A stretch of 33,028 nucleotides of DNA. It comes from Phoronis australis. Taxonomy: Eukaryota > Animalia > Phoronida. Positions 24,401 through 33,028 of this stretch are shown here, piece by piece (position 1 is the stretch's first letter; each line of letters starts with the position of its first letter). The notes under the pieces are model-generated. The model saw only the letters and a list, made by a program, of their open reading frames with translations, did no database searches and was not told where the DNA came from. The DNA lies in NCBI GenBank assembly GCA_002633005.1, contig NMRA01000007.1, positions 2,095,461 to 2,128,488 on the forward strand. Direction: 5' to 3'. A program made the position numbers and the translations under genes.

Positions 24401-27400
24401 GATAAAGCTTGCGTGTATGCCGACAGCTTGCAAGACTCGATTCCCAAGCAAAGACCCACAACTGAAGTTCACTGACCAAGCGCGGGACCATCTGGATTAG
24501 AAAACCCACCACGGGTTCAGCAAAACTTCATGATACAGTTGCAAATCCTACCAAAGTTCTGACAGTTCGTCACACAGTATTCGTGGAATTCATTCTGAGA
24601 AAAACATGTCATTGTCTGCGACTTACCTGAAGATGGCCAGCTAAACTACATTTAACACCACCTACACCCCATCATTTGATCGGCTTTGGCCAATGCACTT
24701 CAAGTTTCAGTGTTAAGATATGCTACATACCTCTTTCCACTTTTATAACTTTTGCGTTATTATGAAAAGTTAAACTAAAGAAGGAAACATGAATATGTTA
24801 CAGCAACTGCCACAGTGGTGAGTGTTCGACTGTAGACAAAAAATTGTTTTTCAGTGATTGTCGTTTGAACATGACTACAAACTTCAGAAAACAATATCTT
24901 GAGAATGAGCCCACCAATTTTAATTGTGTCTGAATTTTCTGACAGCACAATGCCTTGATGTGAAAACCCGTCTCTTAGACTTTTTAATAGATTTTTTGTT
25001 ATTCTTGTGTTTAATTTCAAGCCAGGAGCAGTGTTATTCTGAGAGAAGTGCTAAAGAATGTAAGTATTTCTTACGTTTGTGATTAAAAATCATTGGTGTT
25101 AACTACGAAAAATCCAAGAAACGGTGTTTGAGCATTTTTATCAAAGTTCTAATACAGAGAGTTTGATGAATGCTAGTGAAAGAACTTTTTCCTTATCAAC
25201 ACACCTTTCAAAAAAGTATTTTAGCCAAAAATGGTTGGTCACATGACCACGAGAATGACACAGTACTGAGAATGACATGAGTAGTTTTTGAAAATATATA
25301 TTTTAACTGGTAGACAGTCGCTAGTTACTAAGGTATTTCAAGAAGAAAACACTCTTAAGGTACACACAACAGTAACAACTAACTTTCACACTGTGTGAAG
25401 CTGAGAAGGGAGCATCACCAAACTTCATCTCGTGTGCTTCTACTTACTGCGCCTTGACGTTGATGTTTGGTCGGTATAGCAACTGTTCCACTTCTTTTAC
25501 AACAACACCTTTCATTCGCGGATGTTTGTCAACTGAAACAGAAAAATGCAAACAAAATTGAGGAGTTTAACGGTCCAAATGTCGTTAAATCTACAAAAAT
25601 AAGACATAATTTCTGTAAATAAACTAACCTAAAATCATGCAATGTTCATAGCTCAGTAGAGCCAGTTAAAAATTACCCTGAAACAAAATCACGACTGCGC
25701 CGCTAACAGCATGCTTCTGGGAGCATTAATCAGCAACATACAAATTAAAAAGGCCACTAGGGGGTGAGCCTAAGTCAATTCAAGTGCAGTTGTCTCTTTG
25801 ATAGGAACTTATTTGCCAAATTCCATGAACGCCCATCAAGGAACTTAGGAGATATGGAGTCATATGCAAAGAAATCCCAATTTGCCACTAGGGACACAAC
25901 AAGAGTCAAACTCATCCCAAAATCAAAGTCCAGCATACTCTCCTAAATTAGAACACATTAAAAAAAAATTCCGGTAACGTCAATCAAGTACTTTGGTAGA
26001 CATCGAGGCATGGACAAATAACACATTTGCCACTAGGTGAAATCACCATCATCTCAACAGGAACACAGCTGTAAGATTTCATGATGATCCTTCAATAATG
26101 ATGATATAGAGGCATGGATGAAGAAAATCTAATTTGCCACTAGGTGGCACCATAGTCATGAAGATCCATTAATGGGTTTTGGAGATACCGCAGCAGACAC
26201 CAGCTGGCTGGCGACACAAACAGACGGACATGGAGGCAGACAGCATCCACACAAGCACACACACACACTCCAACACCCACACATGTATATTTGTATGTGT
26301 GTGGGTGCATACAAGCAGGAAATCGATGCAAATCAAAATCTATCGAACACGGAATTACAATCTCAAACAACATGACACATACTGCATGAAGCATGGTATG
26401 TGTGTTGATTAACTAGAGTGTGACAAAGTCTATACCAATTCCATAACAACAAGTTTCTCACCTAACCGAACCAGTAAGTGTGCAGATCGTGAGGCCAGTT
26501 TAACGTCAGGGTCGCCCAACTTGTTAATGATCAACTCCAGAAGGGTCTTCTCTTGTTCTGGCTTCCCCACCAGCAGCTCAAAGATGGTGTCTGCAATAAC
26601 GCAATGGAATATCACTCACCAGGCGTTTGTTTCATGAAAAGTGACTTAAGACATTTAATATATTTAACCTTATGCTCCCACATCACAATTGCTAAATAAA
26701 GAAACGTTTAGACTATTACGACCACATTACAGAGTAGGATACAATTTTTAGAAATTATATCTCAATAACTAGCAGTTATTTGCATATTCTCAGAGACTTC
26801 GTACTTTTGATCAAGTGAGATTTAACTATTTTTCAAAAACAGTTGTGTTGAGCGTCGTTCAGATTGAATTTCTGACTCAAGTCTTCTTAAAGTCAGTTTT
26901 CATGAAAGAGACCCCAGAACATATTTGAAGACGTCTAATAGCATTTACAGTGACGATACTCAATATCAGTCACATATTTTAAATGATATCACTGGTCACC
27001 TCTTGGCAGTCTAAGAGTTTTCTGTCCACCTCATAACACATTGTGCTTGGAAAAATAAATGACTCTCCTACTCCATAATGAGTCAATACAAGAAACACTT
27101 CCACCACAACACAACCATGGTACTGACTAACACCTGACACTGTATCACAGTCAATAACACCATCATTTTAAAGTAAAAACATAAAGTTCATACCAAGAGA
27201 TTTCTTCTTCGATGCTTGCACTGAATCACGAAGCATAGTCTGAAAGATATTAATAATCGGGTAAAAAAAAAAGATAAAAGGGTTTTAGTACAGGTCTAAG
27301 TGCAACTTACCTTAATGCAACCTTAAACAACCTCTTAAATTTGTTATTTATTTTTCTTCTTTGTTTTCAAGCGTTTATACATGCACATTTTAACTTAATA

Positions 27401-30400
27401 ACAGTCCCAATTACCTACAACGAGCACCACCAACTATAGAATAACTCTCATACAGTTTGTTGTTCACTTGAGAGGAGGTTAACCAACAAGACTAATTTGA
27501 AAATGTCAAACAGTTCTACTAAAAATTGTTTTTGTCAACACAAGGGCCAGAAAGGCTACTTAACACAAAATCTTTCATAGACAAGAGTATATCAAACACA
27601 CTCCTCCAAAAACAGTCATTGTCCGACATCATTTAAAGAGACTAGTGCCGGCATCCACTAATCCATTCTTCAACTTTCTGCCATCCCGTAGCCTCATTAC
27701 AACCCTCATACCTTCAGAGCCTCCACAAATGTAGTGTAATGTTCCTTGAGTAGACTTTCATAGTACCACAGTACCAGTCGCTTGTCACGGGCGTCATGGT
27801 TACCGCTGGTCAGCTCGTCCAGCTGTAGAAATGGATGCTGGTCAAATGTGCGCAGTTTCCTAGTGTCAGGTATAAGGTCATTCGTAAACAATTCCTTGAG
27901 AGTGTCTGAAATGAGAACAGTGCAAAGATAGACATAAAACGACATAAGGGCCCACAGCACTTGTTGGAATCAGTTCAAAACTGGGAGCTGCCATCGTCTC
28001 CAAAATGGGTTGGCTACTAGGGGAGATGAAGTAGTTGAATCCTCCCGATAATCATCTGGCGCCAGCGCATTGCAGTCTGCACCTCTGTTTTAAGTATCAA
28101 CGTAATCCGTCAACTGGTTGTTTAGATATCAACTGGAAATGCTCTCACCCTAAAAATACTGAAAAAACCCAAGAAGTGTTGCATCTTACCATATAGACCC
28201 AAATTTTCAACCTGGGACTTTTTCGGGCATTTTCAGGCATGAAGTTTATGCAGGAACTTATCAGCAAGTCTGTATTTAGCCAAATGTCTACAAAATTATA
28301 GATTTTAACTCTGACAGTAAAAGTGTACATTTTCTGAAAGCACAAAGACTTTAGAATTTGATTTTGAGTTTACAGCAATCTGTCGTAGACCATGAGTTTT
28401 CAACAACATTTAGCAAACATGAAAGGTACATTAAAAACAAAACAACGAAATTATTACGATGATCAAATTCCACTTGAAACAAATGTTCAAGATGACCAAA
28501 TTCTACTTGATATAAATGTTCAAGATGATCAAATTCCACTTGATATAAATGTTCAAGATGATCAAATTCCACTTGATATAAATGTTCAAGATGATCAAAT
28601 TCCACTTGATACAAATGTTCAAGATGATCAAATTCCACTTGATATAAATGTTCAAGATGAAATCTCAGAAACGTTGTTATTACAGTTTTCTAAATAACCA
28701 TTTCATTTTTGTTTTGTGCAACTTCTAACTTTTTCATATAAACCACACAAGTCCTCCGTTTGATCGCCCTTCATGCAAAAGTGGAACATTTTGAAAACAA
28801 CTCCTAACATAGCATCTGAAAATCCAGTCAGCCATTTCTCAGATGTGACATTCTGAACTTAGCCAAGTTTAGACATTTTTCTAGGGTCCTACATAATCAT
28901 ATTGGCAGCTACACATTCTTCTTACCCACAGCCATGATGTTCTCGCGTCTGCTCTTTTTCTTCACCATGTTGATGAGTGCCACCATGCTGACCACATTGT
29001 GAACAGGTGCATCTTGGATCAGGATGGTCAGGGCAGCCATCTTGTCTGACACTGTGCCAGAGGAGACCACAGTCTTCATCCAGCCTGCCTCAGATTTCCG
29101 GCTGGCATTACGCTCTGTAATCATCAGACATAACGTTCCTTTCAAACCAAATCCAGTGTGTAGTCCAGTCTATTACTTTCAGCCATACAGAGTGAATGTC
29201 GGAAAAATGCCTGGCGTTTTCAACTGGAGTCTTACACCAATTTATTAATGGATACTCATGAAATTTAGAAGGGAGTTACTTCAATCCATTTCTAGTCGTA
29301 GGGTGAAAATCGCTATTTATTTGATATCCCACAAGTAATATCAATTTCACACTTTCCACCACCACTACTTTACCAGAAGTGTTCCTGCTATTGGCATGGA
29401 TATCTCAATCATATTTTGATAATGTTTAAAGTGCAATATTTTGACAAAAAATTCACTCATGAAATTGAAAATTTAACTTAATAGATGTTCACGGAGCTAA
29501 GATGGAATAAAAAAAATTCAGAAGGGCGCTGGAATTTGATCATTTCCTCATCTGGAGTGAATTCAATTTCATACAGTTAGGGAGTCATTTAGAGTATCAG
29601 AGCATAACAACTTCATGAAAATATCACTTTCATTTCGTTTGAAATGCGGACTCAAGTTAAAAGAAGTTCAGAAAAACAGTGGAAGAATGAGGGAACATTC
29701 AATATACAAACTTATTCAGAAGAGACTAGTAGTAGAATAGCTTAGCTCAATCAATTTTTTGCATACCATTCAGTTACTACACCATTCATAACTTTCTGAG
29801 TAGAGAACTAATCATATTTCACTGGTGGCCATTTTCCAAATTATCAGGCTAGCATGGATTGTTTACTTGCCAAACCTGGACTTTGCATCAAACCTCACCG
29901 CACCCACACCATATTCGCCTCGGTGTGTGCACCCCGTGACACGTACAACCAAATACACTTACGCTTGATATACAGTGCCACATCTTCTTCATACAACTTT
30001 TGAGCAAAGTTCTTGACTGTGGTGAGAACACTTTCGGGTAATTCGTCAAACTCCACTGGATCTTGAGGCTACAATGATACCAGTAATGCTGAGACTAACT
30101 CTGAGAACACAATGCCTCCAACTCCTCTAACAGCAGGAATTAGACGATGTATTGTAATCAGAAGATGGAGAGTCCATAACACAGAACTGAGCTGCGACCT
30201 GTACACATAAGATATTTGCGAAACACTTACTGCAACAACCCTTCCCTTATTACACAGAAACAGTGAACTCTATTGCATAATTCAACATTCCAACCTCACC
30301 GACCAACCACTTCTGTGGTAGCCATTTTGCTAGGTGATGCTAGTTAGCTGCCGAGAACAATCCCAAAACCCTCGTCTTTTACTCATGTGATTTTGCAAGG

Positions 30401-31195
30401 TCTTGCGAGATCTTGCTTTTTCACACGGTTCGATAAGATAAACTTAACAGACGTTGCGGGCATATCCGCTCTTTGTCAGTACCCAAAAAAGTAAATGTTG
30501 AGAACATTCGCCATCTGTTGGCACCTTTAGTAACTGCTATAACTTCAATAATCTCAAACCAAGTCTACAATATTTTCTTGCATAAGCTGAACATGAAACA
30601 CTTCTGATGGCGAATGCTTGTAGCACAAACAACACTCATCCACTTAAACTGTCAGTGTGCTGCCTAAATATCTTACAACACACTCTATTATAATTTACAA
30701 GATGATGATTTTACAGAGTGACATGTACACACTCTGCAACTGCCAAATACAATTGTTCCCCTACTGAGATGCCAAAAAGAAAAACAAATTATGTGTGTCA
30801 TTTCAAACATTCTGCCACTGTTCAACACATCAGTTGATACTGTCTTTACTAATGCAAAAAGGCTGTGTTAAATTGTGACTTTAGGTTAAACAGGTCACAG
30901 ATAATTTCACAAGAGCTTGTGAAAAAAGTTAATTTTCAGATCATAAAAAGTTCATTTCACAACATTTAATGCCATCTATAGAGTGAAAAGTGGATCGAAT
31001 TCCAGGATCATAAATGTCAATATCTTGAAGTATAATCTGAAAAGTATGCTTGAGACGGTCACGTACCTCGTTGTCGAACCATCTCCCGCCAGTCTTGACC
31101 AGGAGGAACTTGCGTTGCTTATGACTCTCAGTCATCTGCAGAGCCCACTGAGAGGGCGTCATCGTACTACTGGACACTTCAGACACCTGCACCGA
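12266..31195 (-). CDS. CEBPZ: CCAAT/enhancer-binding protein zeta (Noc1/Mak21 ribosome biogenesis factor), 5'-partial, 22 exons in window, ~916 aa
   Basis: Exons translate to hallmark CEBPZ segments: GGRWFD, WMKTVVSSGTVSDKMAA, KPEQEK..NKLGDP, YYAICFLNQ, LLSGVNRAYPY, ISDRYYTALYRKLLDP, YDPQHRNPLYC, HFHPSVALFAK, DPLQDFTLIRFLDRFVYRNPK, FASAEEF, KQLKWE. All GT-AG and phase consistent, ending at TAA 12268-12266. Confidence 0.96.
12882..12963 (-). CDS. CEBPZ: CEBPZ exon (FAHMIDENVNSKIDSTGSQAMSNKDNA)
   Basis: tatcag/GTAGGT; conserved motif. Confidence 0.92.
12988..13088. repeat. 31-bp tandem repeat x3.3 (TTAGCAATCTGGTGTTGTACATTTATCATGT)
   Basis: Units at 12988, 13019, 13050, partial at 13081. Confidence 0.95.
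14534..14570 (-). CDS. CEBPZ: CEBPZ exon (SDISSIFASAEE)
   Basis: ttgcag/GTTTGT; conserved FxSAEE motif. Confidence 0.88.
14613..14905. mobile_element. P-element-like MITE, 293 bp
   Basis: CA...TG termini; 13-bp TIR CACAGACTATAGT vs CATAGATTATAGT; 7-bp TSD ATTCTAC/ATTGTAC; CpG-rich interior. Confidence 0.7.
15120..15270 (-). CDS. CEBPZ: CEBPZ exon (DDLAPFGTSSSKRSKK…KGGKSK)
   Basis: ttttag/GTGAGA; phase consistent. Confidence 0.85.
16041..16255 (-). CDS. CEBPZ: CEBPZ acidic exon (EFSKQLGKKKK…DDDDDEEE…AIEFSD)
   Basis: tttcag/GTATGC; acidic tract typical of the CEBPZ C-terminal region. Confidence 0.88.
16644..16704 (-). CDS. CEBPZ: CEBPZ exon (KYETGVEETGDVDFGVDFA)
   Basis: gtacag/GTAGGT; DFA motif; bridges phase 1 to 2. 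Confidence 0.82.
16999..17105 (-). CDS. CEBPZ: CEBPZ exon (YFSQKAAKKRK…SDAESISDNDFDAYL)
   Basis: ttgtag/GTATGA; phase consistent. Confidence 0.88.
18016..18088 (-). pseudogene. tRNA-derived element (SINE head or tRNA pseudogene)
   Basis: Minus strand shows A-box-like TGACTCAGTGAACTAGAGC, anticodon stem TCTGC/GCAGA with 7-nt loop, T-arm CTGGG-TTTAATT-CCCGG (degenerate B box), broken acceptor stem and a downstream TTTT. Confidence 0.7.
18145..18283 (-). CDS. CEBPZ: CEBPZ exon (…SVMQPKRR…VNSDEY…IPEEEKFFY)
   Basis: tttcag/GTATGT; conserved motif. Confidence 0.92.
19059..19158 (-). CDS. CEBPZ: CEBPZ exon (GDSISYASDPLQDFTLIRFLDRFVYRNPKKKVA)
   Basis: ttgaag/GTATTG; conserved motif. Confidence 0.93.
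19468..19647. repeat. 23-bp tandem repeat x~7.5 (ATGCCATCCGATTCAGCGTTCAC)
   Basis: Units at 19475, 19498, 19521, 19544, 19567, 19590, 19613. Confidence 0.95.
19996..20138 (-). CDS. CEBPZ: CEBPZ exon (…YDPQHRNPLYC…HFHPSVALFAKTLLK)
   Basis: ttgtag/GTAGGC; conserved motif. Confidence 0.93.
20249..20361. repeat. Inverted repeat / small MITE-like hairpin
   Basis: 28-bp arms with 2 mismatches; perfect 17-bp core AAAATACTTTAAAATCC (20260-20276) / GGATTTTAAAGTATTTT (20334-20350). Confidence 0.8.
20652..20778 (-). CDS. CEBPZ: CEBPZ exon (DSDDEEHFTDV…GSWVHRSVA)
   Basis: atccag/GTAGGA; SDDEE.F.D and SWVH motifs. Confidence 0.9.
21507..21777 (-). CDS. CEBPZ: CEBPZ exon (DEISDRYYTALYRKLLDPG…HTAE)
   Basis: ccacag/GTAGGT; CBF domain; its acceptor lies within a 49-bp tandem repeat. 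Confidence 0.93.
21766..21961. repeat. 49-bp tandem repeat x4 spanning a CEBPZ intron/exon boundary
   Basis: Units start at 21766, 21815, 21864 and 21913; only one substitution (21921). Confidence 0.97.
22424..22538 (-). CDS. CEBPZ: CEBPZ exon (DKEKIEEQM…NFNVSVQALMLLYQVMDS)
   Basis: tttcag/GTAGCA; conserved motif. Confidence 0.92.
23072..23156 (-). CDS. CEBPZ: CEBPZ exon (AFVKKGEVDSKMLSALLSGVNRAYPYAK)
   Basis: gtgcag/GTAAGT; conserved motif. Confidence 0.93.
23673..23769 (-). CDS. CEBPZ: CEBPZ exon (YYAICFLNQLVL…YFSFFK)
   Basis: tttcag/GTAAAC; conserved motif. Confidence 0.93.
25448..25532 (-). CDS. CEBPZ: CEBPZ exon (DKHPRMKGVVVKEVEQLLYRPNINVKA)
   Basis: tttcag/GTAAGT; conserved motif. 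Confidence 0.92.
25745..26310 (+). mobile_element. Repeat relic resembling Helentron-associated non-autonomous (HINE/DINE-1-like) elements
   Basis: Recurrent ATTTGCCACTAGG units, CCAAATTCCATGA and GAAGATCC..GGTTTTGGAGATA blocks, then ACAGACGGAC and a CA-rich tail. Confidence 0.4.
26462..26590 (-). CDS. CEBPZ: CEBPZ exon (DTIFELLVGKPEQEK…NKLGDP…)
   Basis: ttgcag/GTGAGA; conserved motif. Confidence 0.93.
27194..27239 (-). CDS. CEBPZ: CEBPZ exon (TMLRDSVQASKKKSL)
   Basis: tttcag/GTATGA; bridges phase 0 to 1. Confidence 0.85.
27712..27905 (-). CDS. CEBPZ: CEBPZ exon (DTLKELFTNDLIPDTRKLR…EALK)
   Basis: tttcag/GTATGA; conserved motif. Confidence 0.93.
28244..28898 (-). mobile_element. Kolobok-like MITE (copy 2, inverted) containing a 33-bp minisatellite
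   Basis: Reverse complement begins GATTATGTAGGACCCTAGAAAAAT...TGGCTA...GAAATG...TGGATTT, matching copy 1; the other end GTTTATGCAGGAACTTATCAGCAAGTCTG matches the copy 1 right end. Confidence 0.7.
28458..28660. repeat. 33-bp tandem repeat x6 (GATGATCAAATTCCACTTGATATAAATGTTCAA)
   Basis: Directly visible; explains the repetitive ORFs on both strands. Confidence 0.95.
28926..29114 (-). CDS. CEBPZ: CEBPZ exon (…WMKTVVSSGTVSDKMAALTILIQD…)
   Basis: ttacag/GTAAGA; conserved motif. Confidence 0.93.
29963..30068 (-). CDS. CEBPZ: CEBPZ exon (PQDPVEF…FAQKLYEEDVALYIK)
   Basis: ttgtag/GTAAGT; AQKLY motif. Confidence 0.9.
31067..31195 (-). CDS. CEBPZ: CEBPZ exon (…KFLLVKTGGRWFDNE); alternative in-frame acceptor at 31186
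   Basis: catcag acceptor after pyrimidine tract, GTACGT donor, phase 0. Confidence 0.85.
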
Positions 31196-31988
31196 CTGAT
31201 GACATAAGAGAAATGAGGAAAACATCAGCGTCCTGAATTCAATCTCTGAACTCAAATTCAGGCTCCAAGATCAATTTACTTTTGGTATTTTTTGAGTTAT
31301 GGACAACACTATGTCAACCAAGTGAATTTAATAAATTTTCACATTTTTTCAAAAACGATAAGTAGCACAAAGGAAATACTTCACTATTTTTAAGATCTGT
31401 ACGTTAGCTACCATCAGACAATGCCTGCATTCTGAATTAACCGCATGTGCCTATTCACCTATTTCACGAAAGCGCCATCTTCCCGCGCCATCTTTAAATA
31501 CTGATCGAAAACGAGGCACACTGATAAAACCTCGTGAGCGGTCATCAGCTGGCCTTGATGGTGTACTGTGCAGTGCCTTAACGTACCAATTCCAACTCGT
31601 CGGTATCCTTCCCACTCGCCCAGTAGCCAATGCGAGTAAAAATGGTGCTGGGCGAGTAGAAGTTGACTTGCCGGTCGCCCAGGTGGCGAGCGAATTTCAA
31701 AGAGCATATCATTTCCCAGATGAACATGAATAATTTTCCTCCTCCTTGTGCTGTTTTTATCATGAATTTAAGGTTCAGTTTGGTCATCGTGTCGATGCTC
31801 CGGCAGTAAAAAAACATCGGCGCAGTGCGACCCTACCGATTCAGTACATGTCACCCGTTACGCGATTCGTAAAAAAATCACAGTGTGTGGTCGTTGTGCA
31901 CAAAGAAGTTATGGACTAGTCCGGGCCGAAACGAAGAAAAGGGGAGAAAGGTGAAAGACCGGTCCATGTGCTCATAGCAAATGAAATA

Positions 31989-32125
31989 CCATATTTCTTG
32001 GAACTGATTCCTTTTTGTAATGTACAATGTCATTTTAGCCAAAATTATTTTATAACATAAGCGCCCATGCCCCCGAAAGCGTCCCCACTCGTTTCCAGAC
32101 TTCGCTAAAATAAGAGCCCAGTCCA
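31989..32125 (-). mobile_element. Probable Tc2/pogo-like terminus and subterminal repeats
   Basis: TA|CCATATTTCTTGGAA terminus-like sequence plus TAAGCGCCCA / TAAGAGCCCA repeats like those in the 4242-4381 MITE. Confidence 0.4.
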
Positions 32126-32156
32126 TGAATGCGTATATGTGCGAAAAATGTCTTAC

Positions 32157-32490
32157 CTCACAGTTCTAAAATTCTCCAGTAATGTATTCAATTTATCAAT
32201 AACATCCGACAGTCCTGAAAAATCATTGTGCGCGGAATTTCTAGTAGACCACGAGCCTCGCCCCTGGTATTTAGCTGTGGCTGTACACTTCAAACCATTC
32301 CGCAGTGCTTCAAAAAGATTCGCTGATCTTGCGAGAAGATGTCACACTATATGGTCTTGCCCTTCGAACAGACGCAGTGTACTGGTCAACGGGATTGGTA
32401 TTTTATCTTTCCCGTACAGATTTTTTCCCACAACAGGAATCCAGATTGCTTTGTACACGTAAAATTATAAAAACCGCGAATCGAAACTTG
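32157..32490 (-). pseudogene. Frameshifted HIRAN-like domain ORF relic within a probable Tc2/pogo-like element
   Basis: Across frames: VSIRGF..VYKAIWIPVVGKNL / ER*NTNPVDQYTASV / DHIV*HL / RGLLEIPRTMIF / GLSDVIDKLNTLL, following the xRGYHVYK.IW.P..GE..N..D.YAV..IVGHLP..GLEIPC..F.G pattern. Confidence 0.6.
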
Positions 32491-33028
32491 GCCTAGAAGC
32501 GCGCGCTAGGGCCTACATGTGGGCCTGCTCAATGAGATAAATATAACTACATATACAGCTCATTGGGCCTGCTACTCTGGCAAATGAACACTGATGACAC
32601 GCACGCGCTCGCTCACTCGGTGCACACCTGTTGACTCACTTCAATACAAACGTCACATGACAACAACATATGTGTTCGTTCAGATTTTTCTCGTGCGGCC
32701 GGGTGCGATCTAGCGCAGATTTTGACTTAATCTGCGGTGGGCCCGGCTCCGAGTCCACAGGAACTTTTAAGTTCTTAAAAGAATCTCAGGAAAGGCTATT
32801 TGGAAAACTTAAGGAGGATTTGAGGTAATTTGAATCGAAACTATTTTTACTCAAGAATTCAAGTTGTCCCGATCGACGATCGCGAAGCAGCGACTGACGC
32901 ATCAGTCGGCAAGTTTTCGCCGTGGGATTTCAGCACATTTTTTTTAAAAGATTAACAACAGAGTTTGGTAGCAATGCACCACAGTTTTGTAGAAAGTCTG
33001 AGATAGGTTACACATACGTCACAGCGGA

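Noticed and set aside
28351-28697. Repeat-protein ORFs (EFDHLEHLYQV)n and (DDQIPLDINVQ)n
   Set aside because: By-products of a 33-bp intronic minisatellite inside a MITE; no splice or expression support
30505-30616. 11-bp inverted repeat CATTCGCCATC/GATGGCGAATG
   Set aside because: Short, no TSD and no defined element boundaries
943-31195. Functional clustering of two 'CCAAT-binding-factor'-named genes
   Set aside because: The DRAP1 histone fold and the CEBPZ CBF/Mak21 domain are unrelated; the similarity is only in nomenclature
32157-32214. 58-nt segment with good splice sites as a candidate upstream CEBPZ exon
   Set aside because: The frame needed to join the phase-0 exon at 31195 contains TGA; the sequence belongs to the HIRAN-like relic

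Overview
Eukaryotic, AT-rich, intron-rich metazoan (invertebrate-like) genomic DNA with two convergent multi-exon genes. (1) On +, a complete DRAP1/NC2-alpha gene: 7 coding exons, 943..8609, predicted 507 aa. It has a minor-spliceosome (U12) intron and a ~300-aa low-complexity insertion carrying a PLDLS (CtBP-binding type) motif, preceded by an AT-hook-like motif. (2) On -, the 3' 22 coding exons of CEBPZ (Noc1/Mak21 family; 31195..12266, ~916 aa in window; 5' exons lie beyond the window). Every exon junction was traced by hand and is phase-consistent. Introns and UTRs hold small DNA-transposon relics (MULE-, Tc2/pogo-, P- and Kolobok-like MITEs), a tRNA-derived element, minisatellites and a frameshifted HIRAN-like ORF relic. 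The most notable observations are a CEBPZ splice acceptor quadruplicated by a 49-bp tandem repeat, a probable P-element-type excision footprint alongside its longer relative, a minisatellite born inside a MITE, and a U2 AG|GT site nested in the U12 intron. Most ORFs in the supplied track are spurious or partial exons. All family assignments come from remembered sequence features, not database searches.
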